The notes under the pieces are model-generated. The model made no database searches and was not told where the DNA came from. It saw only the letters and a program-made list of their open reading frames with translations. Position numbers and translations under genes: made by a program. From contig CM119371.1 of assembly GCA_051294905.1 (NCBI GenBank), positions 31,312,001 to 31,376,000 of the forward strand: DNA of 64,000 nt, given 5' to 3'. This stretch comes from Botryllus schlosseri (lineage: Eukaryota). Positions 1-12,900 of this stretch are shown in pieces; position 1 is the stretch's first letter, and the number at the start of each line of letters is the position of its first letter.

Positions 1-368
1 GGTCAATATTTTCGAAGACACGTGCCCCATCATTTCTACCAGTTAATCCTATCACGTGGGCTGAGAATGGATAGATATTGGAGAGTAATATCTGAAACTT
101 TAAATATTATCGACAAAATTAAATACCAGAGTCGAAATTGTTTTGGGCTGTGCGAGACCATGCAGGCAAGGTATATCTCATAAAGATCGTGATGGCACAC
201 AACACCACGAGGGCTCTCCGCGGTGCGAAATTCGCAGTAGCCAATTTAACACCAATATTTGGTGTCCTGATGGACCATGACGACTCTACACTGGAATGCG
301 ACCGTATGTTATATGTGTTATCGAAATGCGGCCATGAATTAGGTTAAGCACCCTTGGATTAGGCTTAC

Positions 369-487
369 TACAGAGGCTGATGATATTGCTAACGGGGTGT
401 AGTGCATGCAAAATAATAAAATTGTATCATTCGATGTAACCAACGTTATTGACTGAAATGCGGATGGCAATTGAGGTAATTCCAACT
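369..487 (-). CDS. Candidate downstream non-repeat exon (E)LELPQLPSAFQSITLVTSNDTILLFCMHYTPLAISSASV
   Basis: Open in the required phase 1, gtaag donor, weak ttag acceptor. Could join a phase-0 exon starting at 91 (ILLSNIYPFSAHVIGLTGRNDG...). No recognisable domain. Confidence 0.35.
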
Positions 488-853
488 CTAATTTTTTTCT
501 TAGATAGCGGTACTGACGGACTTAACCATAACGAGAACCTAAACAACAATTGAATGCAACAAACGTATACAAGACGGGTTCATTGTCAGTGACTCTCAAG
601 GTTCGAGAGGATTTTCTCAGTAGTAGATTTGATGACTTTAGATAATTGAATCGAAAAAAGTTGCCTCCGAATCACGAAACGTTCCATATTTATCATACGT
701 CGAGACCGAGCTAAATCCAATTCGAGTCAAATCAGGTCCCTGGAAAAATGACTCGAGTAATCCCAAAACTGCTGTCATGTCGATCACGTGTTGTGTAGCT
801 ATATACATCGATATACTAAAAAAAGCTTCTCATTGACACAAAAAAATTTTTAC

Positions 854-993
854 CATCACAAAGTATTTCTTCTTGTGAGACAAGAGTCAACGGTAAAACG
901 CAAATAAACGATTTCCCTCGGCCTCGACAAAACGTAGTGTCGCGATCATACGATCCGTTGGATCTCTTCAGCGGTGGTTCGTCTGATCCATCA
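854..993 (-). CDS. Module 8 exon B: DGSDEPPLKRSNGSYDRDTTFCRGRGKSFICVLPLTLVSQEEILCD
   Basis: ttaag acceptor, gtaaa donor, 140 nt. Confidence 0.9.
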
Positions 994-3900
994 CTTAACA
1001 TTTAGATACAGTGAATGTAAAGGGATAAGACTCTTATATAGTTCAATACCCAATCTATACCTACATGCAATCTGGTTTGCCATCACAGAAAGAAAATATT
1101 GGGATGCATTTCGCGCCATCAAAGCAGGAAAACTCATCGTCTTTGCATGACACACCTGTCAACACAAATGCACCAAAACCATATCATCATGTACTATAGT
1201 CATATTTGGTGACATAATTGTTGATATACAATGTTCTATCTAATTCTCTACTAGTTGCTGACGATTACCCCGGACGAGTGTCAGCCAAAAATATTCGGGT
1301 TCATTTCAATATGAATATACTATTCTATTATATGCTATGGTACAGGGGTCACCAACCTTTTTTGCAACCAAGAGCTACTTTTTGGTTACTGATTGAAGCG
1401 ACGGGTTACCATTTACTCCTGAAGTTTACCCGTGCCAGACTGAATGTCGGCTTCGATATTCATGGCACTTGGCAGGAATATTATCACATTGCGGTAAGAG
1501 AGTCATTCAAATCAAAACATATTATGTCAACTAACTAGCCAATAAGGATTTTAGGAAATCATGAATTCTTCGCACCATGTTACAACAACAGTGAACTCAA
1601 ATTTTAAAATAAATCTTGTCACGCTTTAGACTGGACGTCATGTTACCTGTTTCTGCATCAGCCAGTGGGATGCCTGGCATTGCACGTTATCAACTAGTGC
1701 GCTATACTCTGGTATGTAACTTGACACTGCAACTCTGAGTGAGTGTTCAAGATGTGCATTAGTCAGGCGTGTTCTGTGTTTGTTTTTGATGAAGTGCACG
1801 TGCGTAAAGGATGATTCAAAACGATAAGTTGAACTAAACAGGCACCAAAAGTACGCTGTAGCCTGGTGGGCTTTGAGGTGGAGGTCATTCGGCAGTGTTA
1901 CAATTTCAATCTCCAACTGTTCAGCATCCAGACATGACAGATTTCATTATACCGGACAGCAGCAACGATTACAGAAAGTTAGAGACATAGGTACTGAACT
2001 GCGTTGAGTACAAGAGAAACACGGTGTGTAAAAACACGCAATACGTAATTGACGTACAGATATAGAAAATCTGATAGTACTTCACGACTATCTGCTACCG
2101 AATTGTAATGTTTTTTACTACTTAGATATTGTCCTTGACGTCGAGCTACCATAACGGAGCCCTCCGCCATTTCAAGAAGACCGTCGATGGCATTCCTCAT
2201 GTCACCTGTATAGGCAGTGAGTCGTATCTTACGTCTTCGATATCTAGTGATTCTATTTCTTATTGTAATAGAGGATATTTGATATCATCATTGTAAGTGT
2301 TTATATATATATATGTATTGTCATTTTTAAGTTACATGTTAGTGTGATTTAAACAAGAATAGCTAAATCAATCAATTTATATATTTAAAATCTCACTGGT
2401 AATGATCTGACTAATATTGGTAAATGCTTCTATTCGATCTATTTTTGTAACAGGCTCGCGGGCTACTCATTTGGTTCTCGCGGGCTACCTGGGGCTCGCG
2501 GGCACCGCGTTGGTGTCCCCTGTTATAGTATATGAACAATGGTGTAGGCAGGCTACTTTTTGCTTGTTCAACGTGCCCACTTCCCAGTGTTGTCATAGAC
2601 TTTTCAACACAGAATTCCTCCAACGTGTGGTAAATGCATATGAAAGCTTCAGAATGATGGCAGCTATTGTGATACCTCATCAAACTAAACGTGGTCTCTC
2701 GTCAGTATAGCGAAGTACTTCTAATTTGTGGACTACTCAAGTATATTATGTGGCTTTTCACAGCGTGATGAGGTCGATACGTTTCAGATCACTTTCACTC
2801 ATACAGTTGCTTTGGAACGACAGGATCCCAAAGTGACCAATAGCTGCGAAAAATGCTCACGAAAAACTAATCGATGTCAAATTAACGATAGCAACAAATA
2901 ATTGTTCAACATTATGATAGACAGTTGCAGTGTTACATTCTGTCGAAACAGTGGTAACGAAGCCTACATCTCACCGTCGCAAAGTATTCCCGATAGCGGC
3001 TTACGACTCGCAGGTAACAAACAGACTAGTCGACCTTTTCCGGATCTCCAAGGCCCGCGACAAAAAGTAACATAGCGACTGTATGATGAATTGAAGTTCC
3101 TCAAAGGTGGTTCGTCCGACCCATCACTTAACATTAGAAAATCATCAGGTAATTGTGACTGGTTAGCATTTAGGTGTTTAAACTGTTTAGTGACGCCACC
3201 TCACATAAATCGCTTTCCCCCTGTCTTTTCTAAGTTTTGCTTGCACATACCAGGTATTGATGGAGTATTAGTAAGTCTCGAGAGTATCATATGCTTAGTG
3301 CCATCACTCATGCATTGTGACTACAGTGCAACGTCAACAGTGGAATTCTAATAGAACTGGGGTCATATTTCGGTTCAAAAAGCTCACTCATTTGAACGCA
3401 GTATTGTTGGGCTGCTAAGAGAATTCGCGGAGTCCAAGACGGGCTAGTAATCTCGCAGCATGTAGCTGCTGGCTAGGCATGTAGCAGTAAATGTAGAGAC
3501 TTAGAGACTCAATTCCTTTTTTTACAACCGTAGGAAAGCAATCTTCGAAGTAAAAAAATTCGAAAATCACCCTAATATTTTTCAATGTTTATGTTGAATT
3601 TCCTTTGCTGATGCCGCCTCATGCCAGTGAGTGGTGGGTAAAGTGCCTTTGAATGGTTTGTATCAAGTTGATGACGTTACTGTTGCATTGTTCCCAGTGT
3701 GGCACAAGGATTCATCAACTGGACTAGTTCTAAGAGGTCCCTGACAGGCCAGTCACGAAACTGTAACTATAAAATTATATTTTCTTCATAACCTCAGCTC
3801 TTATTTATGTCTTACGTCCTAATTTGGTCTTATTTTTTCTCTATGAAGTGGATTTTCATGCAACAACCGGTATACTAGATCGCAATATGAGGCCATGTCG

Positions 3901-6900
3901 TATTGATAACCTTTCTCAGTCACCAACTCTTCAGATTGCAATATGAAGGGATCCTAGCAATTACAAAAATGATCCTGAGTTCTGCGCTAGAACAAAGGTT
4001 ATGAATCACTAGTGTAGAACACGCCTAGATTCGCTTGCGAACATCCGAATTTTCAAGGATCTCATACCGAACAGGAACGTAAATTGAACGTTAGTACTAT
4101 TCTTGTTAGGCACTGCGAATAATCCATTTCCTATTATGGCAATTCTCGCCACAAAGAAGTTTCATTATCATGGTCACCACGACGAGAGAATTCTGTCAAG
4201 ATTTTCGGGAGATAATTACGCAACAGATAGGCTACCCGAGTAAATATATGACGAGAAAGCATAGCCGATATGCAAGGAAGCGATTACTATATCACCTGCT
4301 TACCTGCAATCAGGATTTCCGTTGCAAAACATCCAGTTCGGGATACATTGCGAGCCATCCGAGCATAGGAACTCGTCAGTTTCGCATGACGAACCTTGAT
4401 AAAGTTTGATACATATTAAGGACGAGTTCTTTAACCTTGGTTAAATTTACCCTATTAGTGATTGGCAGGGCGATTATTTTTGACATGCCAAAAAAAGTCA
4501 AAATTTTGTCAAAATTGTTTCCAAAGTCCAAATATTTTTGCAACCTGCATTTCGTTTGCATCTTAGATTTTGCACGGTCGGTGAAGTTATCATTTGATAT
4601 CTTACGGCTTGTAGCCTACTTCATAGGCATACCGCTGTAGACGGCCCATTGTCTGCTCATTGTGAATCATAAACATTCAAATGAAACAGATAGCTTGACA
4701 TGGTTTATGTTCTCATATCAAGAAGAGCATGATGTAAAATTGTGATGTAGACACCATTGTCAGAATGAAGCAACACGGTGTGTCTGCAGCAGTGTACGCA
4801 CAACTTCAGTGTTGTCAACCAACAACTGTTGCTGTTGAACGTTCTTTCTCCATTCTTGGCAAGCTACTTAGTAAGGACTGACCCTTTCTATCCGAGAATG
4901 TAGGAAAGTTTCATTCATTGTACTAATACAAATTTTAATGATTTCTACAATAATACGTGATGTAACTGATTGAATTCTTCATAGGGCCTGATTTCGTTAA
5001 ATTGAAGTTTTTTAATGTAAACATTTGCCAGCTTTCGAGTCATTAAAGTTTTTCAAGCCAAGCTATTTCGAAAGGACAGATATTTCCAACCAGAAATGAC
5101 GATACGTAGTACAATTCTAACATTATGTGGAAAACACCTAATTTGCATACGTTAGGTCAAAATTTGGTCAAAATTCAGTTTTTTAGGGTCGAAAAATGTC
5201 AAAATTATAATTTTTTAGGTCGAAATCTTCCGTTATTTAGGTCAAAAAAATCGCCCTCGTGATACTACTACTTACCATTTACAGCACTAAAATAAACCAA
5301 TTTGACAATACTTAGCTGTTAGGACAGAACATGAAGGAAGAATAGAAGTTGTCTTGCGAAAACTCGTTTTCGTCGTCCTACGCTCTACTCAACATGAAAG
5401 AATTGATTTGGCAGAAACCACCACGCCATGGACTACGAGAATCTAGCACAGCAGTGTCATGGATAGAGGATCCGGGAATACTCTTTCGATTAAATTGAAA
5501 ACATCCTACCGTCACAAATATCATCTTGAAGCGACACGAGATTAGGTGGTAGCTCGCAGATTGAACGCACATGATCAGTGCTAACATAACGAGCTCTTCG
5601 TCGACAAAATGTAGATTTCTGCACGTAATCATAGCTGGAGTTTCTCAAAGGTGGTTCGTCGGACCCGTCACTAAAATATGATTTGGTCTTATTTTTTCCC
5701 CATCAAGTGGATTTCCATGCAACAACCGGTATACTTGATGGCAATATGAGGCCATGGCGAAATGAATAACACTGGTCGAGATGATGTTTGTTTTTAGGCC
5801 GAAATTATGACTATTAAGTCAATTTCTGTACGCTGATTGCGAATATGAGTCGCTCCTTTCCTATCAAGTCAAGATTTTTTATAATCTGTGAGTTAAAATT
5901 TTGCATTTCAGTGCTAAAGACAGCCTGTTCTGTGACGTATTCCTTGTTGTTGGGTCATAGCTATAGCCATTGTGACGTCATCAGAGTGGGTTAAATTACT
6001 CAAGTAGAAGTAGCGGCGTCAATTTCTACTCAAGTAAAAGTACAAGTAACTATTTAGAAGTATGTAAAAAATAAGTATTCTAGGCCCAGTTTTTAAAAGC
6101 AGTTTCAATTAAATAATATTTTCTTCCTTCCAAAACATCACAAGACTGCGATACAATGAAACGATGGGAAGTCGTCAAAACGACTTGGCATAGTCTTTGA
6201 AATCAGTCACATAACTGCGCCTAGGCGATGTAAAGAAGATGAATTCACAGCACACTGAATGAAATAAAGGGACATTGAGGCTGTGAAGCATTTGAAAACA
6301 AAAATCCTTAGCATTTGGAGAAATCCTCATGGACGTGGAAAAGATTGCTACTTTTGCTCATTTTTTTGGGATTCAATATCAAAAATCAACATAAAATTCA
6401 ATATCCAATTTGACTTGCGAAATACGACCGATTCCTCATGGGCCAGATGTCACAATTCCATTGCCTTCAAAATTTTACCAACAGTTGAAGAAGATTCTCG
6501 CGGTGAAGAGTCTTTGTCTGAAGAATGTTCTCGGCATCAGTGTGATGGTGATCAGCAGCAACATAAAGTTGAATCAAGCTAAACCAAATACCATTGCCAT
6601 AAATTCGAATTTGCCAAATTAATCTGCTCTTATTGTAGGTTCCAGAATAAAAGCCAAACATATACTTGGCACTGATACCACTGTTGCTTGGTATATGCAT
6701 ATATGAATCGTGATAGTGATTACACACGGTTCTTTGCCTCCGAACCGTCTTCAGTCTATTGTGTCGATGTTCAAGGTCTCATAGAGACATTACGAACTGT
6801 GAATTGCACCACTTTTGCACCTCTTCTCTTATGCCTAAAAGCTGTTTTGTCGCACAATGCAAATCAATGTGCTTCTATCCATGTAGCTGGTACAACTGGC

Positions 6901-9900
6901 ATCAAGGAGAATTACGAGAATATGAAAATTTTGATTTCAAATTTGGAATATAGTACACAAACGTGTAAAGTTTCCGTTGAATTTGAACTCATAAATATGC
7001 TACTGGTTCAACTGTCTAGAACTACAAGGTATCCTTGTTTTATGTGTGAATGGGACAGTAAAAATCATTGAATTAAACGTAAGTGGCCGATGAGGAAGTA
7101 TATTACACCAGGCGTTAAATTGTTTCAGAGCCTGCTCTTATCGACACATCTAACGTTGTATTTCCACTATTAAACATTACACTGGATATGATGAAAAAGT
7201 TTTTAAAAGCTCTTATCAAAGAGAGTGCACGTTCTAAATACATTTACGAAAGGTGACCTAACCTGAGTTAATTCAGTAGAGGGTGTATTTGTAGGACCTC
7301 AAATCAGAACACTCAGCAAATCCCATTTTTTCTTATTAGGTATGAAGGCGGATTTGGAAAAAAATACCTGACCCTCTTTCATTGAAGTTGCATCTAAATT
7401 TCTTGGAAATACCAAGGATCCTGACTATTTGGAGGATTTAGTTTAAGATATTACCACCTCATATCCAATAAAGTAAGTTGAGAGCTTTGTAGGATGTGTT
7501 TGGTATCATATACGGATCGAAACGGGCATAAACACCGTCAATACGGCCGTTTTTGAGCAAAATTTTTATTCGAGTTTTGCGAAAAATAGTGACGTGATGA
7601 GTGAATTCGGACGGAAAATTCGGAATCAGCATCGTCAAATTAGGCACACTCAATTATTCGTTCTAAAACACACAAAAAAAGTTGAAAAATGTCGACCATT
7701 GTAACCTTTCTTAGTCACCAGCTCCCCAGATTGCAATATGAAAGGATCCTATAGCAATTACAAAAAAGATTCCGAGTTCTGCGCTGAAACAAAGGTTATG
7801 AATCACTGGTTTAGAACATGCCAAGATTCGCTTGCGAACTTCCGAATTTTCAAAGATCGCATACCGAACAGGAACGTGAATTCGTACTATTCTTGTTAGG
7901 CGCTGTAGATAATCCATTTGCTATTATGGCAATTCTCGCCACAAAGAACTTTCATTATCATTATCACTACGACGAGAGCATTCTGTCAAGATGTTGGGAG
8001 ATAAATAGGTGAGATGTGGTACTGATGGATCACTGGGACCAAAAATACTTGAAAAACTCTATATGATAATTCTATGATTACACTCCGTGAGCTTGTATAC
8101 AATTGCCTGCTGGCAAAATCTTTCCTCACATACAAAAAAATTCGACGTGCGCGAGCTATGGGGTCTCTGACAGATGTTTTCTGTTTTGGGTGGTGTAAAC
8201 TAAATTTCGATCGACGCATACATTTTTGTCTGTAACCTTCAACACGAACAAACCAGCAATCATTTTCAGAGTGAAGTGTAGAGCTTGTATCAGGCTATAT
8301 AATGGCACATACTATTTTATTCAAGACCTTCCTTGGGTGGAATTTTTTTCGATTCATGTATAAAATTCGTAGGGTGGGGACCGATGATACAATAGCCAAA
8401 TCAGGCAAAATAATCAAGCATACTGATCATGGAACAACTGAAACATGCCCACGTACAGAAAATCTTTATGTATAATAATTTCATGTGATGTTTTATCGCT
8501 ATACCGAGGTATTTGAAAGTCAAAATGTCGATTTTCGGTCAATATGTATGTACCCTCAAATTTTAAGTTCGAGCCTAAATCGAAACGTGATTTTATGGCA
8601 ACATTTAAGTTATTATTTATTCTATTTTTGACGGTTGCGACCAAACATTCTTCTTTGGCTTGCTGTAGCTTAGATTATAATACACAGCACGAAACGTTGT
8701 CACATCTGCATTTTTGAGAGTATGTCTCATAGTTCCTCGGGTCGTGTGCCATTGGACCCACCAGGTGGGGACCGGTGATACGTTCGAGCAACACATTTTG
8801 AACGCTCATAAATGTTCTTTAAAAAGACGGATATTCATGTATGTATGCACGATAGGTATCTCTTGTATCAAGGTGCTGAGTCAGCAAAATATATGCTGTT
8901 TTCGGCTGAACATTTTGAGACCAGCGATCATTTTCAAATTTAGATCCATCGGTACCACATCTCCCCAACGCTACAGTTAGGCTACCCGAGTGAATATATT
9001 ACGAGAAAGCAAAGCTGCCTTGTAAGGAAGCGATTACTACATTAACTGCTTACCTGCAATCAGGATTTCCATTGCAAAACATCCAGTTCGGGATACATTG
9101 CGAGCCATCCGAGCATGGGAACTCGTCAGTTTTGCATGACGAACCTTGATCGAATTTGATACATATTAAGGACGAGTTCTTTACCTTGGTTAAATTTACC
9201 CTATTATTGAGAGGTTATTAATACTTTCCATTTACAGCAATCAAATAAACCAATTCGACAATACTTAGCTCTTAGAACAGAACCTAAAGGAAAAAGAGAA
9301 GTTGTCTTGCGAAAACTCTGTCTCATTGTCCTACACTCTACTCAACATGAAAGAATTGATTTGGCAGAAACCACCACGCCATGGACTACGAGATTCTAGC
9401 ACAGCAGTGTCATTGATGGCGGATTCGGGAAAACTCTTTCGGTTGAATTGAAAACTTCCTACCGTCACAAATATCATCTTGAAGCGTCACGAGATTAGAT
9501 GGTAGTTCGCAGATTGAACGCACATGAACAGTACTATGATCTCTTTGTCGACAAAATGTAGCGTTCGGCGCGTAAGCATAGCTGGAGTTTTTCAATGGTG
9601 GTTCGTCGGACCCGTCACTGAAACATAGCATTTACAAACTAAATCAACGATTTTTTCATCGTCTCTGTTATTTAGACAATTTTGTCAGATCGATGAATGC
9701 ATCGCAGTACATATTCAAGATATCGTACCTAAAGGTATAATTGCCACAGTCCTGAAGGATAGATGAGGATGAGTTTTTTATCACCGTCCTATTTGGTTTA
9801 AAACTTTTGATTGATTTTTAAACATGTTAATCGGTGCGGTGTGGTGTATTTCAATTATACTTTCACATACCAGAGAACTAGCTTACCTGGTAAGTAGTGT

Positions 9901-12900
9901 TGGTTATGCTGAATTCTAATAGCAAACAAGCTAGACCTACCGAGTGTGAGCTGGTATATTGTCAAGGCCGGAATGAAAATTCCCTGCACAGCAGCAGAGA
10001 CACGGTTTATACTAGATTGCAGAATACCAAGTGCACAATAACGCAAAAGTTGGAACACTAACGTTTGATGTCTAGCATAATCATCAATCATATTACAACA
10101 GCCTAATTTAACTGCATACATGGCGTGGAATACGTGGGAGTGAATGACTAGTACATGGAATATTTCTCGTAGACCGAGGCATGGGCTGGACTGGATATCC
10201 GGCCGAAGTCGACACGGATCCGCATACGTATTTTTAAAACGGTCAGAATCGCTGTTCAGGCTATATGAGAATTACCATCGTGACTACCAACCACACGTCC
10301 GTATAGCCTTCCATACAAAACTGTTTTCGTCAAGAAACCTGTAATTTTTTATCGGCATGCCTATTTTGTTGCAATGTCGATACATGACCTGAACGATTGC
10401 CGCATGCCCGTATGATGTAATGTGTTTACCCGAAATAGGTAGTCTTAGATCAGGGGTGGGCAAACTACGGCCCACGAGAGTCTAAAGAAACCGTAAAAAT
10501 ATTGATAAAATGCGTACTAACAATCGAATTAATGCAGGGACTTGATTATACTTTTTCTTAGTATATTTCACCATGATAATTCCAAGGCAGTGGTACTGAA
10601 ACGGGGGGGGGGGGCTTGGGGACGTGAAAGCAACTGATGGGGGGGGGGACGAAGCTGAGCTCAACTGATATCGTTTTCGCGCCCGGCGCGATTTACATCC
10701 AATACATAATTATTGCTCTATATTTAGTCTGAATTTTATATTTAAAAATTTCTCATCCACAGTCGTAACCTTCCCTTCCATCAAACTATCCGTCAGGTTT
10801 GCTAGCATCCTGGGTGCGTTTTGTGATATGACGATAAGGGGGGCGCGAAATTGTTCACCATTACAAGGGGAGGGGCGTGTCTTAAAAAGTTTGAGAACCA
10901 CGTGGTAGAAAAGTACTGTTCTAAGGTAAATACTTCCTATATTATTTTTTATGTTTAATTTCTGGCACGACAGCTCCATGTCAATGCCGACGCAGTTTGA
11001 AAGGTTTCAACTGCTTGACATCAGAGAAATCCTAAACGAGATTGACATAATTCGGATCACGAGTGTGATTTCAGATTGGCCACCCCAGTTATAATTATTT
11101 CTGTGATGTGCTTGTAAAAAACGATTCGCGCATATCTTAGGTGGATTCGTTTTCTGTATGCGTAAAATTGGGGTATTTATATTTTATCTACACATATTGA
11201 AAACGTGTTTGAAGCTAACATGGTTATGATGCTGTGAGCATTGTGTGTCCTGGAACTGAACCAAAAGTGTAATTAGTAAATCTATGAACAGATCTCTGCT
11301 CACAGATTTAAATTTCAGTCATGTTCTAAAAATCTGGACAACCGACTTTGATCTCTATATTTTGACAAATTGGTTATTGAGGTCGACTAGCCCATGAAAT
11401 CTCGCAACTAAATGTTTCTGAAGCGTGTACGATATAATCAAAGCAGTGTTAAACACTTATTATCTCCATGTCCTCGCTACCAATATTGCGTTTCGGTTTA
11501 TAATCTGGATTTTATATAGTGCGGCCCGCGAATGGATTCAGATATTGAATGCGGCCCGCGAGTTCTAAAGTTTGCCCACCCCTGTCTTAGATTGTCATAT
11601 CGGAGTTTTTTTGATCGGATATTGATCATTTCATGAATCCGGCTCATGAAATACCTTCGTGTTACAAACGTTCAAAAATTTGAAATTGTATGGCTCGGGA
11701 CGTGCTATTTTAAGAAATATTTACATGCGTGTCTGTCTTTGGTTGGGATTGCTACGTGCACTCAACAAACATCTTGGTGTTGAAGTAGGTCAAACTAAAT
11801 CCAGTGAATGTGACATTACAGCTTGACACTTGCTATTCAGGTAGCAATTGAAACAATAAATCAAGTGTCAGTGCCCAGCTCAATGAAGTAAAATTTACAT
11901 TACAGTTGCAGACTTTGAATACATGGAAATAATTGGGAATATTATTGTTCTTGGTTACATTTTAGGTATAGCGCTACCATACGTCCTCTTTTTAGAGGAT
12001 TTGTCATCTTTTTCCAATAAATTGAAAGTGTCCTCGGAGGACGCCTAAATGTCCTCTTTTTTTGGAATTTGCGAATAAAAACTCGACTCCGTCGCAGCGA
12101 ACGTCAGAGTTTCGTAAAAAACGGGTAAAACGGAGCTGAGCCATAATGATGACCTATTTTTTTAGTCAACACAGTACTATAGGTCAAATTTTTTCGCAAC
12201 AACCAGTCTTCTTCTCCGGTGCCTGAGCTTTCAGAATTTTACAAAAGAATCTTCATTTTCTTATCTCAAAATATGGTAACGCTAATGTTAGGTGTTATAT
12301 GTATATGCAGCGATGGACTGATTCAAATGGGAGACAAATCTAAATAAAGTGATATTATCATTGCATACCGACAATCTTTCTTTCCATTGCAGAAGTTACC
12401 ACGTGCAATGCAAGCAGAGCCATCGGAACATGGATATTCTGTCTTTAGGCAAGTCGGATCTGAATGAAATGCAACACGTAACCTAAGAAATTGAAGTTGA
12501 GTATTGTAATTACCAAAGGCTGACTAAGGATTAACCGGTGCCAATTTAATATCAATCGAGGTATATTTAGTTAATAAAGGAATGCATACACCGCTACCTA
12601 TCGGCTCCTCTTCTCCGTCTCATCCGTACAAGCGGTGTCTCCGAAAAGCCTAGAATGGGACCATGATACAATTCGGCAGTTACGGAATAAAAAATGAACA
12701 AAACTAGTCCGGTGTAGTAGTAGTCGATAGAGAGAAAGAGAGAGAGAGAGAGAGAGAGTCTTTATTTTGATCCAATCAAAATACATAACAACCGACGGCA
12801 ATGATGGCGGTACAGAAGAAATGCATGCACAGTATTCGGTATTAGATAGGAATGATCGATACGACCTTGAGGGTAAACTAGTCACCCGCATCGAACAGGT

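Larger units (their letters stand above)
3822..9627. repeat. Recent tandem duplication of one B+A exon pair with introns (about 3822-5680 vs 5681-9627)
   Basis: Intronic and exonic sequence is colinear between the copies once the TE insertions at 4466-5258, 5770-7701 and 8008-8966 are removed. Confidence 0.9.

Noticed and set aside
138..347. Plus-strand 69-aa ORF
   Set aside because: No motif, non-ATG start, and antisense to the inferred host gene
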